From Octopus vulgaris (lineage: Eukaryota): 64,000 nt of DNA. Made by a program: the position numbers and the translations under genes. Position 1 is the first letter of the stretch; the number at the start of each line of letters is the position of its first letter. The stretch covers positions 106,950,001 to 107,014,000 of the forward strand of contig OX597814.1 in assembly GCA_951406725.2 (NCBI GenBank), given 5' to 3'. The notes under the pieces were generated by a model. The model did no database searches, was not told where the DNA came from, and saw only the letters and a list, made by a program, of their open reading frames with translations. Below, piece by piece: positions 51,090 through 63,000 of the stretch.

Positions 51090-54000
51090 AGAAGTTGAGG
51101 TTATAAGAGATAATGGTGTCATTGAGACGACCCAAATGTGTCAGATAATGCTGAATAAGTGCTATAGACAGACCATAGTTAAGTTCCAGATTCAGTAATA
51201 TTGCGAATAAAGGGTTCAATGTTGGTTCTATGTCAGCGTGTGTATATAAGATTATATATAGTCATTTCAAATAAATGGATAAAAAATGAAAACAAGAAAA
51301 ACAAATGTGAGGATGTGTACAAGAATTTGTATTAGCTTGATGTTCGGTGAAGGAGAAAGTTTGACATTTTGATTGTAGCTCTTTATTGGAAAGGAGAAAG
51401 GGATGCGTTCAGAGAAGGACTTGCATACACACACACAGAGGAAGGCGTGTTGACAGGAAGGGCATCCAGCCATAGACAATCTGCTTCAAGAGATTCTATC
51501 CAAACTATGAGGGCATGGAAAAAGGGCTATTAAAATGATAATCACCCTCAACCATCATCACCCCTGCCAACACACCTCCTACTACTACCACTACTTCCAT
51601 CACCACTACCCTCATTTTATTTTTCTTTTGTTTCCTCATCAGGTGATGTTGTTACCCCTGGATTCTTTGAAGAATACCTGAATGCGGAAAACTTACTTTA
51701 TCGACCTTATGGTGTGGCTGAGAATATTGCCTTCAACTTTGCGTATAATGTCCTGACATTGAAATTCAAAAAAGCCAGTAAGCAACTGAGTGATGAAACT
51801 TTAAGAACTTCTTTGAAATACCTGAATATTGGTAAGTACCATCGTTCCATAATAAACCAAAAACAAAAAAAACATGCACTTTGTTGGTTAGAACAATGAG
51901 TGTCCCTCCCAGTTGATCTGATCAATGGAACAGCCTGCTTGGGAACCCTTAGTGTAGTTCTCAGGGCGATTCAGAGTGACACAAAATGTGACAAGGCTGG
52001 CCCCTTTGTAATGACAGATACAACTCATTTTTGCCAGCTGAGTGGACTGGAGCAATGTGAAGTATCTTGCTCAAGGACACAACAGCCTTATGGTTGTGAG
52101 CCGAAACCATAACCATAAGCCACAGGCTTTCACTGATCATAATATATTGCTCAATAGTCATTGGTATGTGGCCTAGTGGTCAGGGCATTAACTTCACAAT
52201 CATAACATCATGGGTTCAATTCCTAGGGCGGGTATTGTGTTGTGACTTTGTGTCTGTCATTTCATAATGCTCCAGTCTATTCAGCTGTAAATGTGTACCA
52301 ACTGATTCCTGGTGAAACACTTTCTCTCTCTCCCTCTTTCCCTCTCTCTCACTCTCTTTTTTCTCTTTCTCTCCCTCTTTCCCTCTCTCTCACTCTCTTT
52401 TTTCTCTTTCTCTCCCTCCCCTCTCTCTTTATCCTCCTCCCTTTCTCTCATGCTCTCACAGCTTCAATGTTGCATAAGGCGAAAAGTGCTGAGAGGGTGT
52501 CTCTCTCTGTTCACAACTGCACAGGCACCTAAAAACAATAGTGACAGCATGGTACACATTACACTTGCTTGTAAGTGACAGCAATGGCCTCTAACATTAA
52601 TCTTCTCTAATCCTTTGTTTCAATAATGCTTCATTATTTCCTTTTGCATATTAAGGTTTTTGGTGTTGGAAGATCAGCAGAGCAATGATTTGCAAATTGC
52701 TGATGGAAGCAGAGAATACTTCATCATGGCACTTAAAAGGGCACCATTCGAGTGTGATCATTACCAGCATTGCCTTACTGGCACTTGTGCCCATGCTAGT
52801 AGGGTGCCAAGAGCACCATCTGAGCGTGATCATTGCCAGAGCAGCCAACTGGCCTCTATGCCGGTGGCACGTAAAAGGGCACCATTCGAGCGTGATCGTT
52901 GCCAGTGTTGCCTTACTGGCACCTGTGCCAGTGGCATGTGTAAAAAGATTCGAGCGAGGTCATTGCCAGTACCGCCTGACTGGCCCCGTGCCGGTGGCAC
53001 GTAAAAGCACCCACTACACTCTGGGAGTGGTTGGCTTTAGGAAGGGCATCCAGCTGTAGAAACTCTGCCAGATCAAGTTTGGGGCCTGGTGCAGCCATCT
53101 GGTTTGCCAGCCCTCAGTCAAAATCGTCCAACCTATGCTAGCATGGAAAGTGGACGTTAAACGATGATGATGATGGATATGGTAGAGAGATATGCAAGAC
53201 AAGCCAAAGAATGAATCTTCATCAAAATAGTTGCTGTTTGATTGGAATGGTCACAGTTGGATTTGATTTGGTGTAATGGCTGCATGGATAAGAGGACAAA
53301 AGAAAACAAAAATTTATGTGGTCAGACCTCTTTGTAGCATGTTCTGTCTTTCCTTGCTGTCTTCCATACAGCCACAACACCCAATCAAAAGGTATCAAAA
53401 TTGTAGCACAGCTTCCTCTCTAACCCATTCCTACTTACCTTTCTTCCAAACTGAAGGGGTGTAAAGGAAATTACCTCTGACCATATCTCCAACCCTGTCC
53501 ATTATTCACTGCATTCAACCCATCTCCAGCCCATCTCTCTGTCTGTCTGTCTCTCTTCTTTCACACCCTCACAAACTTGCCTACTCAATGCTTTTTAGAA
53601 TCTGTTCTGCTTGAGAAGACTTAAGTGTCATAACAATTCTCAGGGTCCAAAAGCATTAGGTTTGTGTCAATGTATCCCTGCATTCAGTCTACCTCTGTCA
53701 AACTGTCCTACCGTCTATCATTTCTCTAACCAGGCCACTATTCAGTTGCTGTAATTTTACGAAGACAGAATGACGTGTGAGAGAGAGAGAGAGAGTTTAT
53801 GTCTCCTTGTTTTGACATCATGTGATTGTAATAGTTGTAAACAAATGTCAACCTTATACAAGTGATATCATTTGATTCCAGTCTTCCATGAAATATGTGA
53901 CTGGTCATGAGGAAATATTTCTCTGCTTTTAAAACAAAGGGTTGGTAATCGGAAGGGGACCTGGGTGCAGAAAACCTGCCTCAACAAATTCCATGTGACC

Positions 54001-57000
54001 CATACAGGCATGGAAAAGAGGACATTAATACAATGATGACCGCACACACACAATGAGTACAGTTTTGGTCTTCCAAATTGCACCCTCTAAGTATTGCTCA
54101 GTCTGAGACTGTGAGATTAAACTTGGAACGATTTCATTGCAGACCACATTTCTTAACCACAGATCCATGATTCAAGTCTAATCAAAATAAAATCTTTATT
54201 ACCGATTCCATAATTCTACATTTGGTTTCCCTACAGCCTTGCAAAGAATCCTGAGTTACATGAATGAAGATGGCTCTTTCAGTATGTCTCGTGACCGTCA
54301 AAAGAAAAGTATTTGGTAAGTTTGTTCCTTATCAGCTGTTTCAGAGCAAATATTTATGACCAATAGGAAGTAGAATGTTAATTCTCTATTTTGTTCAAAT
54401 GAGATTTGTGTTTCTGCCGTTGAACTTCTGGTGTTTATTCACTACACGTTTGTAAACGAGTTGGTGAGTGGAGAGACAATTGGGGTGGTGGTGTGAGGAC
54501 AAAATTGTGGTTTGTCAAGGACAAGACAACCTTTCTCATGTTGGTGTCACAACAAAAAGCACCCAGTTCCTTCTGTAAAGTGGTTGGTGTTAAGAAGAGT
54601 ATCCAGTTGTAGAGACAGTCAAATACATGAGCACCTTCAGAGTGAGAATTGTTGTCATCCAGTTCATCTTGGAGAACAGTGACTCTTTTAGAGCTGATTC
54701 TGACTGTGATGATTTGACACCAGCATGGAAAACGGACGGACAACAGTGGCAGCTGAGATGTAGCAATAGTCATCTTCTTGAAAACTAATTCACTTGTTGA
54801 ATATACAATTCCAGTTGCTTATTTAACAGGTGAATTTAACCTAATTTTCCCTTGTTCCATTTTGTAATTTTTTTATGAAGTTGTACCAAGGTTCCTGGCG
54901 AGTTTTGAACCATGGTTCTCAGATTTTCTCAGACAATATGTTGCTATAAAAGTCATTAACACCTTCATGAATATGGCTTGACAAATTAGCTCTGGCTGAC
55001 TTGTGGCTGATGCATTGAACTTCAAAGGAAGAGTACCAGTTTTACTACCAAATAGCTTGGTCGAAGGTTCTTGAATATCTAGCTTACAATTATAAAAGTC
55101 AGCAAATTTAACTTCAGATTAGATCCACCCAGTATTCCACATAAACTTCTGTCTCTCTTTTCTGTTTTTACTTAACATTCTTGTCGTGTATTTGACGAAA
55201 GGTACCAATCTGAATTGTAGTTCTGAATAACGCACCTTGATTCTATGCAGTAGATGGAACTCTTTCTACTTATATCATCTTCAGTGAATGCATGCAACTT
55301 TCATTGTACATGAGTCCTAACTCTGTTGTGTTATGTATTTTGTTCCATTGACTTAATTCTATTTAAACATGTAAATATAAACAATGTGAGTTAATTAAAA
55401 TATATGAAAACTGAAATATTAGTGTGACATGAAGTCTCACCCCTGCCTCAATGCTCACCCCTCCCAGCTGAGGAGTTTTATTTGGTTGGAAAGCAAGCTA
55501 CATACCACACAGCCACTCCTGCACTTATTTTATTTCTTTCAACATAACCCATGTCACCATTAAATTAATTAAAAGTCCTTCGTTATTTCAGGCTAACAGC
55601 ATTTATTGTGAAAACACTTTATGCTGCTCGTGAAGGAGAATGGGAGAATGATTTCTTTGTTCCATTGGAGCTTATTAAGACGATGGTTTCATGGCTTTGC
55701 TCTCAGCAGAATAGCACTGGCGTTTTTGATACCGAATATTATGTCTACGATCGTAAAATGGTAAGAAAACTTTGGAAGTTTATATTTTTAATTCTATAAA
55801 TAAGTCTCTTCACTTGGAACATGCAAGAAGCAGGAATTCCAGAAGTTGGACATTCTGGGGGAAAAGAACCGGGTGGGGTGATGCAAGGCCTAGGAAGGGG
55901 ATGTTGGGTAAAATATGGGGGACAAGCTGAGGAGGAGGGATGACTGGATCAAGAGTGCCTCAATGGTGATGGCACAAGTCCACTTTGGTTACAGGAGTGG
56001 ACACCACTGTAGTATCTATAGGAAAGGCTGAAGGAGTGGACAGCATGTCTCTGTGACAAGCTGTCAGACAATGTTCAAATGTATTGGTGATGAAATTCCT
56101 AGTGATCCATGGTGGCCAATTTTTGGCTTATGTTAGCCTCTTATCATCTGATTTGAAGCCACTTCCTGTCTTATCATAATTGATTGTTATAATTACTCTT
56201 AAATAATAGCTTTGTTCACGCACACAGTATATACAATTACATGTGTGTATGTTTGTGTGTATATTAGCAATAGCTTTTATATAAGCTAACTTGTGAAATT
56301 TATTATTATTACTATTATTTAGGTGGTAATTTGACAGAACTGTTAGTACACCAGACAAAATGCTTAGCAAAATTTCATTAGTCTTTGTTCTGAGTTCAAA
56401 TTTTGCCGAGGTTGATTTTCCTTTTTATCCTTTCAGGGTCAGTAAACTAAATACCAGTTGCGCATTGGGGTCAATGTAATTGACTTGACCCCTCTCCCAG
56501 AATTTCAGGCTTTGTATCTATAATAGAAATGGTTATTATTAAGTCTCAGTTGAATATTTGACCAGTACTTTCTTTCATCTCCCCTTCTCATTATCACACC
56601 CTACTTGGTCTTCAGTTCTTTGCTATGAAAAATCATCATCGTTTAACGTCCATTTTCCTCGGGTTGGATGGTTTGACTTGGCGCTGGCATGCCAGGAGTC
56701 CTCACCAAGCTCCAATCTGATCTGGCAGTGTTTCTATGGCTGGATGCCCTTCCTTATGCCAACCAAGTGTGTAGTGGGTGCTTTTTACATGCCACCAACA
56801 TGGGAGCCCCTCAGGTAGCACTGACATTGGCCACATTCGGATGGTGCTTTTTACATGCCACTGGCACAGGAGCCAGTTGGGGCAGGTGGGCTGGCATAAG
56901 TCAGGGCAGGGGTGCTGACAAAACAATTAACCTGACTTAAAAGGCATTAATAGTATTATTTCAGTGCTGTTGCAGGAATTAAATATTAAACCATCCTCGG

Positions 57001-60000
57001 TACTCCTCAACCAGGGCCTATATGGTCCCGAGGGTCCATATAAGATTTTTTGGAGTTCATGCAACAAAATGGTAAATTGGGGATCCACAATAGAATTTTA
57101 AGGGCCCCTGAAAAAATTTTACTTTACATGTATGTATTATGTATTGCAAGAAATAGCTGGGTTTCTTTCTCTAACATTCTACATTGTTCAACCAACACAA
57201 GGGAATGTGTGAGAAATGAAATAGGAATTTTGAAAGAAGCTTCTATAAAACTATTTTATAAACATTGAATGGTTATTGGGGTCCACCAAAATATAATAAT
57301 GATAATCAAAGGGATCCATAGATAAAATATGGTTGAGAATCCCTACTTTAGATGTATATATTGGTATATGTAGAAGTAGTTTATAAAGATTGAATGTCTA
57401 TGGGGGTCCACCAGAATGAAATAGCAACCAAAGAGATCCATGGATAAAAAAATGGTTGAGAACCATTGATTTAACTTAAAAACTGCCATACCATACAGGG
57501 TGCCGTAAAACATCTTTTCATATGTTGAGAGAGAGTTGCGGGGACTAAAATCATGGAAAGAACTTGTATCTTTTGAAAAATGTCTTAAACTTATATTCTC
57601 GTTTCTTCTAGTCTTCAAGAACTTCATGGCAAAATAGCATACTCCAAATGGATCCTATGGCTCTCACAGCCTATGTCTATATCGCTCTACACAGTGTCAG
57701 CAAAGGCACAAATGTGAGTAGATGTTCTATTTACCTACCTAACTATATATCTATCTGTCTATCTACCTACCTACCTATACATCTGTCTGCTTGCCTCTCC
57801 ATCTGTCCATCTACATATATATATGTCAGTCTCTGTGTCCCTACAGCTATCTATCTACCTATATATCTGTCTTAATGATTTGTGTACATCTCACATCTTG
57901 ATTGAAAATGTAGGAAAAATCAGTACTTGCTATAAGTTCTATAGAAACTCTGTAGAAATAACCTTATAAATAATGTCTGCCTATACATCTCTCTGCCTGT
58001 CTGCCTATACATCTCTCTGCCTGTCTGCCTATACATCTCTCTGCCTTCTGCCTATACATCTCTCTGCCTATGCATCTGTCTGCCTATGTGTCTGTCTGCC
58101 TATGAATCTCTGCCTATATGCCTGTTTGCCTATACATTTCTGCCTACCTATATGCCTGTTACACATCTCTCTGCCTGTCTGCCTATACATCTGCCTTATA
58201 TATTTCTCTCCCTGTCAGCCTATACATATGTCTGCCTGACTCTCCATCTGTCTGTCTACCTCCATATCTATCTGCCTGCATGACTTCCTATACATCTGTC
58301 TCCCTACATATCTACCTGCCCGTCTGCCTATACATCTGTCTGCCTGTCTCTCTTGTTTCTACCTACATATCTATCTCCTTGCCTATACATCTGTCTGTCT
58401 ATTTGTATATGTATGTCATTCTCTGTGTGCATCTGTTTGTCTATGTACCTATGTATCTACATATGTCTACCTCTATATTTGTCTGCCTGTCTCTTCATCT
58501 ATTTATTTATAATGATGATAATAATAATGAAATTATTGTATACAGTGCTCAGGTGCACCACAACATCTACCTACCTAATAGGTATGTAGGTAGACATACA
58601 GATTCTCCCAACTGTTGACATTGTATTTCTTTGTAAATTCTAAGTTTTTTTTAGTTTCGTCTCCCAATGTTTTTTTGTATTTCCACTCATACCCAACACT
58701 TACTGTTTCCTTCTTTTTCTTTTATTAACAGGATGCCGGCCCCTGTGCTGTGACTGCTCGTAATACAGCTGCTCAGTACCTCTCACAGCATTCTCACACA
58801 ATAAAAGATGAAGACATTTTCACATTGGCCATTACCACTTATGCTTTGTCCTTATCTAATCAGAAAAGTGCCGCAATTTATGACAGACTCTGGAAACTGC
58901 ATAAAGGAGGTACATTTCAAAGTGTTTTTTTTTACATTTGTAAAGTATTTCATTCTGGAAAGTTCCACTAAATGTAATCTTGTCTGCATTTCTCTTCTTT
59001 TCTGATAGTGATAAGTGTAGGCATGACTGTTGCGGTTAAGAAATTACCTTCTCAGCCACATGGTTTTCAGGTTCAATCTTACCACACTGTACCATGGGCA
59101 AATGTCTTCTACTGTAGCCCCACCAAGCCAACCAAAACATTGTCAGTGGAACTGGTAGATGGAAATTGAAAGAAGCCTATTTGTGTGTGTGTTCCCTTCT
59201 ATTGACATGTTAGTTTTAAAGTGGGGTTGCTATCATCCAGGTAAAGGCGGCGAGCTGGCAGAATCGTTAGCACACCGGGTGAAATGCGTAGCCGTATTTC
59301 GTCTGCCGTTATGTTCTGAGTTCAAATTCCGCCGAGGTCGACTGCCTTTCATCCTTTCGGGGTCAATAAATTAAGTACCAGTTACGCACTGGGATCGATG
59401 TAAATGACTTAAATCCGTTTGTCCCCTCTGTGTTTAGCCCCTTGTGGGTAGTAAAGAAATAGCTGTCATCCAGGTAGTGTTCCTTTTCAAGCATTCCCAA
59501 GACATGCACAATTCTTTAAATTTCTAAACTCCAAAAAATACCTTATCAGAATGTGTGCACACCTATCTACCTAAAAAACAGGCAGAATCTCTATATATAT
59601 AAACGGCAAAATGTCTGTCTGTATGTGTATCCTTTATACAAATCCACAATTTTTCAGTCAAAGGGCTCGCACTTTCTATGGTCATTCAAAACCGTCGAAG
59701 GGTGGTCGTGCACATCTTTACATTTTCCCAGTCACCCCGCAAAGCCATTAAAAAATCAATAGAAGTGACTTTTTTGTGAATTTTCTATCCAAATCCTAAT
59801 CAAAATGCCCAAAACTTGATACGCTTATTGAATGCCAGCTAGTTGTATGTGATTGGTCAGAGATTTGGACAGTACTCACGTGTATGTGCACACGCATGCA
59901 GCTGTATATGCATGCACTAGTACTATTTATTCTAGCTTCCTAGTAAGACAACTTCAGGAGATGCATTTAACCCAAAATAAACTGCTGTACTTTGTACTTG

Positions 60001-63000
60001 TTGGCATGGAGAAAGCGTCTGACAGAGTCCCTTGTGCCCTCATTTTGTGGTTGCTGCAAAAGCTAGGGGATAGGTGAGTGGCTGGTGGGAGGTGAAAGGA
60101 TATAAAGTAAAGTCAACCTCGGCAAAATTTGAACTCAGAACATAAAGTCTAATGAGATGTCTAATAAGTCTAATAAGGAAGACCAAACATGTCTTCCTTA
60201 TTCTTCTGCAGTTACAGAAGATAATCTGTATTCATCTCCCATATTTCAGTGCCAAATATTATCATACTTCATGCATCATATTACCTGGTTTTTGTGGAGA
60301 GAGAGAGAGAGCGAATGAATGAATTGAAGAGATCATTCTCTGAATACCTGCTATACCACTTGCTCTCAAGTTCCACTAGATTTTGGTAACAGGATTTATG
60401 TACAACTTTCAGGAAGCTAGATTGGTAGCCCATGGCCTTCAGCTAATGATTTGCTCGTGCTTAAGCACTCACCTTAAATGGGTACCTAAAAATATCTGCT
60501 CTCTTGTTATCTGCTACAGATACATGCTAGATATGTCAAAACAAATGTCATGATTAATAAAAATTCTTGTACCTTCCATCTTTCATTTACCATATACATA
60601 AACACTGTGAAAGTGACCGTGCTTTACCAGTAAGCTACCAGGGATAAAACCATTTGTTTTATTCAGTGATAATGATGAATTCCAATATTTTAAATCCGGG
60701 TTTGCCACCATTAATGAGGGTGGCCAGATCTACCTCACTCTTAGAGCAACTGCTCTCTCACCATCTTGCCTGGTTTTGGCCGTTCTCCCTCCTCAAGCCA
60801 ACCCTCCCAATATCCTCCTCTGTTTTCTGTGGTTGACCTTGCTTTTGCAGTTCATTCACTTTAGCTCAAGCACTCTCCTCAGAACATGCCCCTCATCCAA
60901 TTATTTAATTATATATATATTGTCAGCAGATCATATATCTGCAAAAGAAACACTCTAAATGTTAAAACAGCTGGTGGCACATAAAAAGCACCATTCAAGC
61001 ATGGTCATTGCCAGTGCCACCTGACTGGCTCCCTTGCTGGTGGCATGTAAAAAGCACCATTCAAGAATGGTCATTGCCAGTTCCGCCTGACTGGCTCCCA
61101 TGCTGGTACTGCCTGACTTGCCCTTGTGCCAGCAGCATGTAAAAAGCACCCACTACACTCTTGGAGTGGTTGGCATTAGGAAGGGCATCCAACTGTAGAA
61201 ACTTTGCCTGATCGGATTGTAGCCTGGTGCAGCCTAGCTTTCTTGTTTGCCAGCCCTCAATCAAATCATCCAATCCATGCCAGCATGGAAAGTGGATGTT
61301 AAACGATGATGATGATGATGAATGACATACTAATTTAAATAAACCAAAAGACTGTCTCAACTTTGCTGCTGTATTTATTTTATTTTATTTCTTTTCATTT
61401 CTTTTTTTTTCTTTTTTTAAGATGAGGAAAAGTATTTCTCCGAACCTGACCGTCCAATCCCAGCAAATCCATCTAAGACAATTGACAGCATTCGTTACTT
61501 GGAACCTCGTATCGAGCAAATCAATGATGCGTTCAGTGTACAGACCACGGCTTATGCCCTGCTAGCACATATTAAACTGAACCGAGGGAAAGAAAACCGT
61601 GATTCCTTAATGAAATGGCTGAACTCAATGAGGAACACTGTTGGTGGGATGTCCTCTACCCAGGTAAGGCTGTTTCTCTCTGTATGTTGCTGTATCATGA
61701 GCAAAATGGTTGGAATTTAGTCAGAGAATAGTAGACACCATTCGTAGGATTGGGAAGAGTGAAAAATATGAATAAGAAAAAAGTCTGATGAACGACCCTC
61801 GGTCCAAAAGTGCTCACTAAATAAGCTACAACACTTAGCAACAAGGTTCTCTCCAGATCACATATGTAGAATAAACCATCTCTCCTTCTATCTACCTACC
61901 AAACTTTCTTTCTTTCCACCTACCCCCACTTTACCTATTTGTTAATCTACACACACGCAGAGAGGTCTGTCTGTTTGTCTATCCATCTGCCTACCTTTTA
62001 AACCTTTTATATCTCCCTAACCCACTGGTTCCCAAAGTGGGCCATACTGCCCCCTTGCGGGTGGTAGAAAGATTCGGTGGGTGGGCCGTTGATTAACAGT
62101 GGAATGATAATGTGGTGTCCAAAATGGGGTGAGAGATGTAAAAAAAATATATACATTAATAGTTTAATTAGGGTTAAGTATTATTTGTGAAATAAAATCG
62201 TTTTGAATTTGCTCCAGAAAATGTCTGTCAAAATTGATCAAAAAATCAATGGAAATTGCAGTTGTGATACCAGTGCCGGTGACACGTAAAAAGATCCATC
62301 CGAACGTGGCCATTGCCTGCGCCACCTCGACTGGCCTCCGTGCCAGTGGCACGTAAAAAGTACCAACCGATCGTGGCCGTTGCCAGCCTCGCCTGGCCCC
62401 TGTGCTGGTGGCACATAAAAAAGCACCCACTACACTCACAGAGTGTTTAGCGTTAGGAAGGGCATCCAGCTGTAGGAACACTGCCAGATCAGACTGGTGC
62501 CTGGTGCAGCCTCCTGGCTTCCCAGACCCCGGTTGAACCATCCAACCCATGCTAGCAGGGAAAACGGATGTTAAACGATGATGATGATGATGAGTATTAT
62601 CACATGCTTTCACTGCACTTCTGAGCACAGCTCTATGTGCTGTGGTTTGTTGTGATTCTCTTACTTTTACTGTATTGAAAGTGTTTTACGTAGGATGTGT
62701 GTGGTGCCTTGTAGTGCTATTTTCTCTATGTTATTACTTGTAAGTCGTGGGCTTTTGGTTTTGTATTTGTGGGGTTTTTTTTTACCATATCTCATGAACC
62801 TGTTATCATTGGGATTGTTTCTCTCTTCAGCTTCCATATTTACATTATTACTATTAGTGTTACTATGGTTACTAATTTTTTTTTTCCTCTGCTCCTCATA
62901 TTCTGGTCATTTTTCTACAATTTCTATGCTTAAATATCAAACCACCCCAACTCCTTGCCTTTTCCATTCCTTTCACTCAATCTAACCGTCGGATCCCGTT

